NCBI GenBank assembly: GCA_033857715.1
Contig: JAWVDC010000071.1
Location: 11,932 to 75,931 of the forward strand
Direction of reading: 5' to 3'
Length of the DNA stretch: 64,000 nt
Source: Gaiellaceae bacterium
GTDB taxonomy: Bacteria > Actinomycetota > Thermoleophilia > Gaiellales > Gaiellaceae
Part shown: one piece after another, positions 24,422-33,768 of the stretch
How the letters are laid out: each line of letters begins with the position of its first letter
How positions within the stretch are numbered: position 1 is the stretch's first letter
Program-made: the position numbers and the translations under genes
The notes under the pieces: generated by a model
Databases searched by the model: none
Seen by the model: only the letters and a program-made list of their open reading frames with translations
Told to the model about the DNA's origin: nothing

Positions 24422-27400
24422 CCGAGCGAGACGACCGTCGCCGGCCCGCCACTTCCGTCGGGCCGGCGCGGTGCGGCAGCCGGCACGAAGGTCGCCGTGA
24501 CCGACTGGGCCTGAGTCATGGTCACGGTGCACGTGCTGCCCGTACCGACGCACGCTCCGCTCCAGCCGCTGAAACGCGAGCCGGTCGCGGGGGCCGCAGT
24601 CAAGGTGACCTGCGTGCCGTAGCTGAAGCCGTGCGAGCACGTGCTGCCGCAGGAGATTCCGGGGGTCGTCGAGGCGACGCGTCCCGTGCCGAACCGGTGC
24701 ACCGCGAGGGTCTCGAGAATCAGCGTGAAGGTGGCGGTGGCGGAGCGGGCCTGGCTCATGGTCACGGTGCACGTGCTCGTCCCGGTGCACGCTCCCGTCC
24801 AGCCGGCGAAACGGGAGCCGGTCCCCGGGGTGGCGGTGAGGGTGACCTTCGTGCCGTATGCGAAGCTGCTCGAGCAGGCGCTTCCGCACGAGATCGCGTC
24901 CGGCTTGGAGGTCACGCTCCCCGATCCGTTTCCGCCCGCGCGAACCGTGAGCAACTCGGGCATGAGGTTGAGGGTCGCGCTGACCGACTGCGCCTGGTTC
25001 ATGGTCACCGCGCAGGTGCCGGTTCCGGTGCACGCTCCCGTCCAGCCGACGAAGACCGAACCGGTCGCCGGGCTCGCGGTGAGGATGACCGTCGCGCCGT
25101 AGTTGAAGGTCGTCGAGCACGTGCTGCCGCAGGAGATTCCCGCGGGGTTGGAGGAGACGGTGCCAGAGCCGTTTCCCGCCCGGCTCACGGTGAACGGCTC
25201 GGGAATCCGGGTGAAGGTCGCGGTGACCGACTGGGCCTGCGTCATGGTCACGGTGCAGCCGCCGGTGCCCGTGCAGGCGCCCGCCCAGCCGCTGAAGCGC
25301 GCGCCGAGGGCCGGTGTGGGGGAGAGCGTGACCGTCGCGCCGTAGGGGAAGCTGCTCGAGCAGATCGTCCCGCAGGAGACGCCGGTCGGCTCTGAGCTCA
25401 CGCTGCCGTAGCCGTCGCCGGCCCGGCTGATGGTGAGAGTCGCGGAGACGAGGGTGAAGGTCGCGGTGACCGAGGCACTTTGGCTCATGGTCACGGTGCA
25501 CCTGCCGGTGCCGGTGCACGCGCCAGACCAGCCGACGAAGACCGAATCGGCTCTGGGTGTGGCCGCCAGCGTCACCGACGTGCCCGGGCCAAAGCCGCGC
25601 CAGCAGGTCGAGCCGCAGACGATCCCGCTCGGATCGCTCGCGACCGCGCCGGACCCGGTTCCGGCGGCGGCGAGCGTGAGGGTCGGGTCGACTGCGGCGG
25701 ATGGGTCGAAGGCGTCCGTTGCGAACTCGTAGCCGATGCGATCGTGCGGCGAGACGGCGAAGGCGAGCCCGGTCGGCGACATGGGCGCGTCGATGAAGCT
25801 GCCGTCCTCCGGCGCCGCAAGCGTCAGCCAGCCGCGTGGTTGGCCCTGTCCCAGCAGGTCGGAGCCCAGGCCGTCGCCCGCGAAGGCTTTCAGTGCCTGC
25901 GGCTGCGCGGAGCTCCAGCCGGCGGCCGGGCGGTCGTAGATGTAGATCGCGCCCTGGGCGGCATTGAATCCGACGGTCTCGAGCGCACCGCAGATGATGC
26001 GCGCGCCGTCTTGAGCGAGTGTCGGGCACTGGAGGCCGGGCTGCGACAGCTGCGTGCCGGCGCGCCAGCCGGCCGCGTCGCGCTCGAGCACCCACGACGA
26101 GCCCGAGCTGCCGATCACTGCGGTGGCGCCGTCTTCGGAGAGGGCCGTGTCGAGACCGAACCGCTGGCTCTCGACGGGGACGGGGGAGTGGATCGTCTGT
26201 GCCCGTGTCCACACGCTGCCGACGCGTGTGTACGCATAGACGAGGCCGGCGGCGGTGAGGGCCGCATCGTCGCAGTCGGGGCTTCCGACGAGCATCGTCG
26301 CGCCGTCCCCGGAGAGACTCAGGAGCCGCGGCCCGATCGTGTGCGCGCAGCCGCCGTTCGGGGACGGGAGCGTCACCTGCTGCTCCGCGCTCCAACCGCC
26401 GGGCGACTCGACGTAGACGTCTGCGCGGAGGACGCTGCCTCCGGACGGGCCGAGGCCGGCCGCGAGCATCGCCACGCGGTTTCCGCTGTCGGAGATCGCT
26501 CCGCCGATGCCGAAGTAGCCGCAGCCCTCCCAGGTCAGGGATCCACGCGCGTCGGCTCCCGGCGGGTAGAGCACGGCGTCCAGGCTCCAGCCGGTGTTGC
26601 CGCGGCGGTAGACGTACGCGGCGCAGCGGTAGCGTCCCCCAGACGGATCCGGATCCCAGACGCGCGCCATGTCCGGCGCGACGAGCAGCGTCGTTCCGTC
26701 GGCGGAGAGTTGCGTGACCGTCCCGAAGTCGGAGCAGTTCGCCCACCGCGCGGCAGGGTCACCGGCATAGCCCGGGAGGCTCGGTGCCGTCACCGCGCCG
26801 TCGGCGACCCAGCCGGAGCTCGTGCGCCGCTCGAGGAACACGCCGCCGGTGTCGGTCGAGTCGTAGCCGCAGTAGCCGGACGGCGGGTTGAAGATCGTCT
26901 TGGCGCGCTCGCTTCCGTCGGCGGAGACGGCGACGTTGTAGAACGAGCTGAAGTCGCCGGGGCCCCGCTGGAGCGCGGACCCGGGCACGAATGGGTCACG
27001 TCCGGCAGGAGCCGAGAGCGGCTGCTGGCGCCACCCGGCAGGGCTGCCGGAAGCGCGGAAGGTGGCGGTCACGTCCCCGATCCCCGTCGCGGCAACGGTG
27101 CAGGCGTCGGAACCACTGCATGCGCCGCCCCAGCCGACGAAGATCGAGCCCGAGCCCGGCGTCGCCGTAAGGGTCACGGTCGTCCCGAGAGGGACGGATG
27201 CCGCACACGTCGCGCCACAGTCGATCGCCGCGGGGTCGGAGCGGACAGTTCCCTCGCCGGTTCCGCGCAGCCGGAGGCAGACGATCCCCCAGTCGGGACG
27301 CGTCGGATCGGTCGCGGCGGCGACGTTGATCTGGCCGCACGTCGCCACCTTGCCGGCGAGGCTCGCCAGCGGGCTTGCAGTAGTCAGGAGGCGCATCCGG

Positions 27401-28677
27401 ACCTGTTGCATCGTCCAGTCGGGGTGCTCGGCCCAGAGCAGCGCAGCCGCGCCCGTGACCTGGGGCGCCGCCATCGACGTCCCGCTCAGCGCCCCGTAGC
27501 CGCTCGGGTTGCTCAGCGGGCCGCTCGTGAGCATCGTGCTGAGGATGTCCTGACCCGGCGCCGCCACGAGGACGCTCGTGAAGCCGTAATCGGAGAACGA
27601 TGCGAGCCCTTGCGAGGAGGTCGTCGCGGCGACCGAGATGATGTTGTCGAGCGGATAGCTCGCCGGATAGAAGGGCATGAGGTCGTTGTCGTAGCCGGCG
27701 TTGCCCGCGGCAGCCACGTAGAGGAGCCCCTTCCGGCCGGCAGCGGCGATCGCGTCCTCTTCGGGCTGGTAGCCGCCGTAGTTGCCGCCGAAGCTCGCGT
27801 TCGCGATCTTCGCGCCGTGATCGACCGCGTACTGGAGGGCCGACACCTCGTCGTCGAGGGAGCACGATCCTCCGGCGTCGCAGATCTTGAGGGGCATGAT
27901 GCTCACGTGTGAGCCGGCGCCGGCCACGCCGACACCGTTGCCACCGATCGCGCCGATTATCCCGGCGACGTGCGTGCCATGTCCCAGGTCGTCTGACGGG
28001 TCGCTCGTGTTGTCGACGAAGTTCCAGCCGGGGACGAGGTTCGCCGCGAGGTCGGGATGGTGGAGATCGACGCCGGAGTCGAGGACGGCCACGGTGACAT
28101 TGGTGCTCCCGGCTGTCCGATCCCAGGCCGCCGGAGCCCCGATCGCCTGTAGAGCCCACTGGCTCGAGTAGAGCGGGTCGTTCGCTGTCGCTGCCGTCCG
28201 GACGATGACATCCGGAACGGCGTACTCCACGCGTGGGTCCCGTGAGAGCGCGGCGATCGCACTCACCACCGACTGGCCGCGCGGAAGGTGCAGCAGCTCG
28301 AGCCTCGGCACGAGGTGGTACGCGGTGGAGCCCGTCGCCTCGACGTCCGCACGGGCAGCGATGCGCGTGGCGGCCGGCGTGCCCGCGCGAAAGCGAACGA
28401 GCACCCGATGCGGCACGACGCTCGTTCCGCGCGCAATCGCCATGACTCCGTCCGGCGAGACGATCAATCCCGTGTGCGAGGGACGAGCAGCCACGACCTG
28501 CACCGGAGACGGGCCTGCGCTGCCGAGGCGTTCCGGGCTGCGCTGCCCAGCCGCAGCGGCCGGCCCGAGGACGAGGAGGCAAGCGCCAATCGCCGCCAGG
28601 AGGAAGAGAAGCCGGACCTTGCCGGCCGCCCTCGCGAGTGTCGATTCACGTGCGTCGTGCATGAAATCTCGCTCCAT
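24235..28677 (-). CDS. secreted subtilisin-like S8 serine protease with propeptide, beta-propeller-like region and six B-repeat-like modules (1480 aa)
   Basis: Track ORF with a signal/anchor LLFLLAAIGACLLVLGPAAAA. The S8 triad blocks are VAVLDSGVD, HGTHVAGIIGA and GTSMAAPQVTGAAALL. The middle region repeats SxDG motifs (SADGSERA, SADGTTLLVA, SDSGNRVA, SGDGATMLVGS, SEDGATAVIGS, AQDGARIICGA). The modules follow the pattern G.G.V.S.P.GI.CG..C...F..G..VTLTA.P..GS.F.GW.GAC.GTG.C.VTM.Q..SVTATF. Confidence 0.85.
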   Translation of the reverse strand: MERDFMHDARESTLARAAGKVRLLFLLAAIGACLLVLGPAAAAGQRSPERLGSAGPSPVQVVAARPSHTGLIVSPDGVMAIARGTSVVPHRVLVRFRAGTPAATRIAARADVEATGSTAYHLVPRLELLHLPRGQSVVSAIAALSRDPRVEYAVPDVIVRTAATANDPLYSSQWALQAIGAPAAWDRTAGSTNVTVAVLDSGVDLHHPDLAANLVPGWNFVDNTSDPSDDLGHGTHVAGIIGAIGGNGVGVAGAGSHVSIMPLKICDAGGSCSLDDEVSALQYAVDHGAKIANASFGGNYGGYQPEEDAIAAAGRKGLLYVAAAGNAGYDNDLMPFYPASYPLDNIISVAATTSSQGLASFSDYGFTSVLVAAPGQDILSTMLTSGPLSNPSGYGALSGTSMAAPQVTGAAALLWAEHPDWTMQQVRMRLLTTASPLASLAGKVATCGQINVAAATDPTRPDWGIVCLRLRGTGEGTVRSDPAAIDCGATCAASVPLGTTVTLTATPGSGSIFVGWGGACSGSDACTVAATGIGDVTATFRASGSPAGWRQQPLSAPAGRDPFVPGSALQRGPGDFSSFYNVAVSADGSERAKTIFNPPSGYCGYDSTDTGGVFLERRTSSGWVADGAVTAPSLPGYAGDPAARWANCSDFGTVTQLSADGTTLLVAPDMARVWDPDPSGGRYRCAAYVYRRGNTGWSLDAVLYPPGADARGSLTWEGCGYFGIGGAISDSGNRVAMLAAGLGPSGGSVLRADVYVESPGGWSAEQQVTLPSPNGGCAHTIGPRLLSLSGDGATMLVGSPDCDDAALTAAGLVYAYTRVGSVWTRAQTIHSPVPVESQRFGLDTALSEDGATAVIGSSGSSWVLERDAAGWRAGTQLSQPGLQCPTLAQDGARIICGALETVGFNAAQGAIYIYDRPAAGWSSAQPQALKAFAGDGLGSDLLGQGQPRGWLTLAAPEDGSFIDAPMSPTGLAFAVSPHDRIGYEFATDAFDPSAAVDPTLTLAAAGTGSGAVASDPSGIVCGSTCWRGFGPGTSVTLAATPRADSVFVGWSGACTGTGRCTVTMSQSASVTATFTLVSATLTISRAGDGYGSVSSEPTGVSCGTICSSSFPYGATVTLSPTPALGARFSGWAGACTGTGGCTVTMTQAQSVTATFTRIPEPFTVSRAGNGSGTVSSNPAGISCGSTCSTTFNYGATVILTASPATGSVFVGWTGACTGTGTCAVTMNQAQSVSATLNLMPELLTVRAGGNGSGSVTSKPDAISCGSACSSSFAYGTKVTLTATPGTGSRFAGWTGACTGTSTCTVTMSQARSATATFTLILETLAVHRFGTGRVASTTPGISCGSTCSHGFSYGTQVTLTAAPATGSRFSGWSGACVGTGSTCTVTMTQAQSVTATFVPAAAPRRPDGSGGPATVVSLGYSPQPYLSCDSSSRQNIGCGRPVTPTASIIAATSPSTWPKNERKLSASGHSSTTMIWPSDA
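24487..25680 (-). repeat. five tandem 243-bp (81-codon) coding repeats inside the protease gene
   Basis: Counted from the translated sequence: 75+6+75+6+75+6+75+6+74 residues. A sixth isolated copy lies right after the S8 domain, at about 27065-27290. Confidence 0.85.
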
Positions 28678-28839
28678 TCGGTCGACCTGGACGCCGTCGT
28701 CTCTCTCCCTGTCGGCGCAGACCGATGGCCGCGATATCCGCGAATCACACGCTGCTGGCTACGTAATTGCGCGATTTCGACTCACCCTTCTGGGGGTGCG
28801 CGGACCGCGCGGTCGAGCAGGGCTTCGCCGGCGAGCTGG

Positions 28840-29277
28840 CTACGCGGCAGCCGGCGGTGGCGTCGGGGGCGGCTCGTTCAGCAGGAGCCAGAACATCCCG
28901 AGATGCTTCACCGCCTCGACGAAATCCCCGAAGTCGACCGGCTTGCGGACATAGGCGTTCGCGCCGAGGCCGTATCCCTTCAGGCGATCCTCCTCCTCGA
29001 GAGAGGACGTGAGGATCACGACGGGGACGAGCTTCGTGCGCTCGGACGACCGCATGTGCTCGAGCACCTCCAGACCGCCCACCTTCGGCAGCTTGAGGTC
29101 GAGCAGCACGATAGACGGCAGCTCCTCCGACATGTCGTCGAGGATCGCGATTGCCTCGCTGCCGTCGTGCACCACGCGCAACTCGTTGACCATGTTGTTC
29201 TTGAGGAGCGCTCGCTGTGTCAGAGCGATGTCGTCCGGATTGTCGTCCACGAGCAGGACCTTTCTTCTGCTCGGCAT
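28840..29277 (-). CDS. single-domain CheY-like response regulator
   Basis: Start re-picked at MPSRRKVLLVDDNPDDIAL... The phospho-acceptor context is IVLLDLKLPKVGG, followed by ILTSS and YVRKP. It overlaps the stop of the upstream kinase (TGATG). Confidence 0.85.
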   Translation of the reverse strand: MPSRRKVLLVDDNPDDIALTQRALLKNNMVNELRVVHDGSEAIAILDDMSEELPSIVLLDLKLPKVGGLEVLEHMRSSERTKLVPVVILTSSLEEEDRLKGYGLGANAYVRKPVDFGDFVEAVKHLGMFWLLLNEPPPTPPPAAA

Positions 29278-30502
29278 CACTCGCGATTCCTTTCCGGGAG
29301 GGTGAAGTAGAAGGTTGCTCCCTCGTCGACCGCTCCCTCGGCGCGCACGACGCCGCCGTGGCGAGCGACGATGCGGGCGACGGAGACGAGACCGATCCCG
29401 GTGCCGGGGAAATCCGACGACGGGTGGAGGCGCTGGAACGGCTGGAAGAGCTTCGCGGCGAATGCAGGCTCGTACCCAACGCCATTGTCGCGGACGAAGA
29501 ACGCCCCGTCCTTGCGGCCGACGTCGATTTTGGCCGGGTTGCGCGGGCGGGTGAACTTCCACGCATTCCCGATTAGGTTCTCGAGCACGGCGCGGATGAG
29601 GGCTCGGTCGCCCGTCGCCCCGAGCCCGTCCTCGACGCGGATGTCGACCTCCCGCTCGGGCTCGGTGTGCCGCAGTGTGGCGACAACCTCGCGAGCGAGC
29701 TCCGAGATGTCCACCAGAGTCATGCGCAGCTCCTGGCGGCTGACACGAGAGAGCGCGAGGAGATCGTCGAGCAGCCTCGCCATCTGCTGGGCGGCGCGCG
29801 GATTCGGTTCGCGTGCGAGCGGCCCGTCTCGTCGAGCGCCGCTCCGTAGTCCTCGAGCAGAGCCTGTGCGAAGCCGTCCATCGCGCGGAGGGGCGCGCGG
29901 AGGTCGTGGGATACCGAGTACGTGAACGCCTCGAGCTCCGCGACGCGGCGGGCGAGCTCATCGTCGGCGTACGCACGCCCGATCGCGGCCGAGAGAAGGC
30001 TCGCGATCGTCTCGAGGAACTCGACTTCGCCGGGCTCGAACGTCCGCCGCTCACGGCTGAATGCGCTGAGCACCCCCCAGGGCCGGTCGTAACCCCGTAC
30101 CGGCACGCTTACGCCGCTCACGACTTCGTGCTCGGCGAGGAGCCGGGACGGGACGAAGCGGGTCTCGGTCTCGAGATCCTCGACGACGACGGGCTGTCCG
30201 ACCTGCAGCGTGTAGCCGGACTGCGATTCCTCGCCGCCGAGGAGCGTCCCGATGAGCCCCGGATCGAAGCCGTACGCGGACATCAGGCGCAGGCCCGAGC
30301 CGCCGGGGGCGACCTCGAGGACCTTGACGAAGTCGGTCTGCAGCGCCTCGGCGACGACTGTCGCGACGACGAAGAGGAGTGCAGGGACAGGCTCTCCACC
30401 GAGTGCCCGGCGGCTGAAATCGACTGCCGCGGCGCGCTGGCGGCCCGACTTTGCGGCCGCTGCCTGGAGCTCCTCCAGGCTCTCGGGTTGCGACGCAGTC
30501 AC
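29277..30502 (-). pseudogene. GAF-HisKA-HATPase sensor histidine kinase split by a 1-nt deletion near 29795 (or assembly error)
   Basis: Track ORFs 29720-30502 (GAF domain plus H-box FTYSVSHDLRAPLRAM) and 29277-29783 (MARLLDDLLALSR...N-box/G-box...GTGIGL) are consecutive parts of one kinase in different frames. The span is 1226 nt, which is 2 mod 3. Confidence 0.75.
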
Positions 30503-31107
30503 GTCAGCAACTTCTGTCGGATGGCGAGCGCGACAGCCTCGGTCCGGGTCGTGGCCCCGAGCTTCGTCATCGCCTTGCCGAGATGCGTGCGCACCGTCGC
30601 GGGCGCGATGAAGAGACGGCGTCCAATCTCCTCGTTCGCGTGGCCCTCGGCGAGGAGGCGCAGCACGTCCCGCTCGCGGGCCGTCAGAACGCGTGAGGCG
30701 TCCATGACGAGGCCGGCCGCCACGACGGGGTCGATGTAAATGCCTCCCGTGAGAACCGTCTCGATCGCCCGCTTGAGATCCCGCAGCGGCGAGTCCTTCT
30801 GCACAAAACCGCGGACTCCGGCGTCGAGCGCGTCGGAGAGCGAGGTCGTGTCGCCCACGCCGGTGTACGCGACCACGAACGTGTCGGGTGCCTTCTCCGC
30901 CGCACGTCTGGCCAGCGAGATGCCGTCGAGCCCGGGCATGTGCAGGTCGACGACTGCGAAGTCCGGTTGCTCGCGCTCGATCTGCGCCAGGGCCTCGGCC
31001 CCGTTCCCGGCGGTGGCGACCACGGCGAACCCCTGCGAGGTGAGGTGGTCGCAGAGGAAGGCGACGATCGCGGGGTGGTGGTCGGCGACGACGCAGCGGG
31101 CGGTCAC
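30499..31107 (-). CDS. NarL/FixJ (LuxR-type HTH) response regulator
   Basis: GTG start (VTARCVVADHHPAIV). Receiver motif FAVVDLHMPGLDG. C-terminal HTH: LTARERDVLRLLAEGHANEEIGRRLFIAPATVRTHL. GTGA overlaps are present at both ends. Confidence 0.85.
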   Translation of the reverse strand: MTARCVVADHHPAIVAFLCDHLTSQGFAVVATAGNGAEALAQIEREQPDFAVVDLHMPGLDGISLARRAAEKAPDTFVVAYTGVGDTTSLSDALDAGVRGFVQKDSPLRDLKRAIETVLTGGIYIDPVVAAGLVMDASRVLTARERDVLRLLAEGHANEEIGRRLFIAPATVRTHLGKAMTKLGATTRTEAVALAIRQKLLT

Positions 31108-31763
31108 GTCCGCGCCTCCATGATCTCCACCACGTCGTCGAGACTTCCGAGGAAGCACTCGAGGACTTCGGGGTCGAAGCCGTGCTGCTCCGAGCGGAGA
31201 ACGGCGAGCGCCTGGTCGAGCCTCAGCCGCGCCCGGTAGGGGCGGTCGCTCGTGATCGCATCGAAGACATCCGCGAGCCCCGCGATCCGGCCCTCGAGCG
31301 GGATCTCCAGTCCCACGAGGCCGCGCGGATACCCGCTGCCGTCGAAGCGCTCGTGGTGGGTATACGCGATCAGGGCCGCAAGGTCGAGCAGCGGTTCGTC
31401 GGCGCCGGCGAGGAGGTCGTGCCCGATCTGGGCATGCGTCTCCATCAGCTTGCGTTCTTCGGGCGTGAGCGGCCCTTGCTTGTCGAGGATTGCGTCGGAG
31501 ATCGCGATCTTCCCGACGTCGTGGAGCTTGCTCGCGAGCTCGATCAGGTCGCAGGATCGCGTGCTGCCGCCGAGCCTGCGGCAGAGCAGCGAGCAATAGC
31601 GCCCCACGCGCTCGACGTGCCGTCCTGTCGTGTCGTCACGCAACTCGATCGCGCGACCGAGCCGTTCCACCGTCTCGACGCGCGAACGGGCGAGTTCGGC
31701 CTCGCGGCTCTTCAGCCGCGCCACGAGCTCGTTGAGCGCGCGAGTCCGCTCGATGTCGATCAC
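31104..31763 (-). CDS. HD-GYP domain protein (putative c-di-GMP phosphodiesterase)
   Basis: GTG start (VIDIERTRALNELV...). Motifs HDVGKIAI and HHERFDGSGYPRGL are present. A GTGA overlap joins it to the upstream kinase stop. Confidence 0.8.
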   Translation of the reverse strand: MIDIERTRALNELVARLKSREAELARSRVETVERLGRAIELRDDTTGRHVERVGRYCSLLCRRLGGSTRSCDLIELASKLHDVGKIAISDAILDKQGPLTPEERKLMETHAQIGHDLLAGADEPLLDLAALIAYTHHERFDGSGYPRGLVGLEIPLEGRIAGLADVFDAITSDRPYRARLRLDQALAVLRSEQHGFDPEVLECFLGSLDDVVEIMEART

Positions 31764-33683
31764 GAGACCATCGCCGCCCTCACCGCGTTCACGAGCTCGT
31801 TCGGCGTGAACGGCTTCTGCAGCAGCGGCACGTTCGGCTCGAGCTCGTGGACAGTCGACCGCAGTCCGTCGGCGTAGCCGGAGATGAGGATCCTGCGGAT
31901 ACCGGGCCGGCGTTCGAGGACCGTGGCGGCGAGGTCGTATCCGCTCATGCCGGGGAGCATCACGTCGGAGATGAGGAGATCGATCGGCTGGTCGGCGTTC
32001 GCAACGATCTCGAGCGCGTCGCTCGGGCGTTCGGCCGCCAGCACGGTGTAGCCGTGCTCCGTGAGAACGGACTCGAGGAGCTTGCGCACCGCGTCGTCGT
32101 CCTCGACGAGGAGGATGTGGCCCTGGCCTCGGGCTCCGCTCGACGAACTTTCGGCGGGATGGTCGGCTCCCGGCTCCGCCCCCCCCGGCAGCGGGCAGGA
32201 GGACGGTAAAGATCGTCCCCGCGCCCGGAGCGCTCTCGATGGAGACTGCGCCGCCGCTTTGCGCGACTGCGCCGTGCACGGTCGAGAGGCCGAGTCCGGT
32301 GCCGACGCCGGGGGCTTTCGTCGTGAAGAAGGGCTCGTAGATGTGGGCGAGTGTCTCGGCGTCGATCCCGGTCCCGGTGTCGCCGACGCGGACGGCGACG
32401 TACAGCGCCGGCTCGAGGTGGGGATCCGTCGACGTGTCGCCTTCCCCGATGTGGACGCTGTCCCAACCGATCGTGATCGCGCCGCCGGTAGGCATCGCGT
32501 CGCGCGCGTTCGTTGCAAGGTTGACGAGGATCTGCTCGAAACTCCCGGCGTCTACCCAGGCGTAGACCTGCTCGCCCGGGATTAGGACGAGCTCGATGTT
32601 CTCGGGCAAGAGCCGGCGGAGGAGGCGCTCGATGTTCTCCACGGCCTGGCCGATGTCGAGCGCTCGCGGCCTGAGGCTCTGCTTGCGGCCGAAGGCGAGC
32701 AGCTGCCGCGTCAAAGCCGCAGCCTGCTCGGCAGCCGCCACGATCGCCTCCGCCTTCTCCGAATGCGGCGTGTCGGCGAGCCTCTCCACGAGCTGAGCGC
32801 CGTAGCCGCGGATCACGAGGAGCACGTTGTTGAAGTCGTGCGCGATGCCGCCGGCGAGCTGACCGATCGCGTCGAGGCGGTCGCGCCGCTGCAGGAGCTC
32901 CTCGAGCTTGCGACGCTCGGTTACGTCGCGCGACGTGACGAGGATCCCCTCGATCGCCGGGTCGTGCAGGAGGGTCCGGCCGTACGACTCGAGGACGATC
33001 CACGAGCCGTCGCGGTGCTTCACGCGGTACTCCGCCGCATCGACCCAGTCGGGGTTCGTAACGCCGGCGGCGAACCTCTCCCGCATGATCTCGCGGTCGG
33101 CGGGGTGGACGAGGTCGAAGGACTTCGTTCCGAGGATCTCGTCCGGGGTGTAACCGAGCGTCCGCTCGAACGCCGGGTTCACGTAAACGAACCGGGCCTC
33201 CGCATCGAGGATCGAGACGACGTCGAGCGTGTTCTCGATCAGGCCGCGGTAACGGGCCTCGCTGTTGGCGAGCGCGAGCTTCTGCTGGGCGCGCTGCCGT
33301 GCGCCCGACACCTCGCGATCGAGGGCGTGGGGCAGCCGCGCCATCTGCTGCTTCGTGACGAAGTCGCGCGCGCCCGCCTGCATCGCCGCGACGGCCATGT
33401 CCTCGTTGATCGTTCCGGACACGACGATCGCCGGCGTATCGGGTGTGACGGCGCCCAGTCGAGCGAGCGCGTCGAGCCCGCTGAACTCCGGGAGGGAGTA
33501 GTCGACGATGACCGCATCCCAGGAATCGGCCAGCGCATCGTCGAGGGCTGCAAGAGAGTCGACGCGGTGATTCTCGACGCTGGGAAATTCTTGACTAATC
33601 GCGCGCAGGACGAGGAATGCATCGTCCTCGGAGTCTTCAACGAGAAGGACACGGAGTGGTGCGGGCTCGAGAACCCTCCCCAC
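31760..33683 (-). pseudogene. hybrid histidine kinase REC-PAS-HisKA-HATPase-REC, frameshifted in a C8 (G8 on the coding strand) run at 32179-32186
   Basis: The N-terminal 500 aa lie in the frame of track ORF 31104-33845 (RVLLVEDSEDD..., PAS, IAHDFNNVL, GTGLGLS, ...TIFTVLLPAAGGGG). The C-terminal receiver lies in the frame of ORF 31760-32518 (GHILLVEDDDAVRKLL...LLISDVMLPGMSG). The span is 1924 nt, which is 1 mod 3. Start taken at GTG 33683. Confidence 0.75.
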
Positions 33684-33734
33684 GATTGATAGAACCCTAC
33701 CTACTCGTTCTTGCGACCGACGGGGGACTCCGGT

Positions 33735-33768
33735 GACGCGAATTGGCTTACGCGAATTCGCGACGAAT
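33735..33768. promoter_or_regulatory. GCGAATT repeat cluster including the perfect palindrome CGCGAATTCGCG, upstream of the signalling operon
   Basis: GACGCGAATTGGCTTACGCGAATTCGCGACGAAT, read directly. It lies 52-85 nt upstream of the GTG at 33683 in a lower-GC non-coding stretch. Confidence 0.25.

Noticed and set aside
24487-25680. Regular ~243-bp periodicity that might suggest a CRISPR or satellite array.
   Set aside because: The period is far too long for CRISPR and there are no short invariant repeats. The units are in-frame protein modules of the protease gene and are diverged at the DNA level.
24046-26746. Very long ORFs in the six-frame track that are Arg/Pro/Gly/Ala-rich. Examples: 24046-25395 +, 24107-26746 -, 25480-27912 +, 22735-24009 +, 15715-17418 +, 12010-13446 +, 18264-19691 -, 137-982 -, 55969-57894 -.
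   Set aside because: They are off-frame or antisense shadows of real genes in GC-rich DNA. They have no recognisable motifs and low-complexity RPGA composition. The overlapping frame carries clear family signatures in each case.
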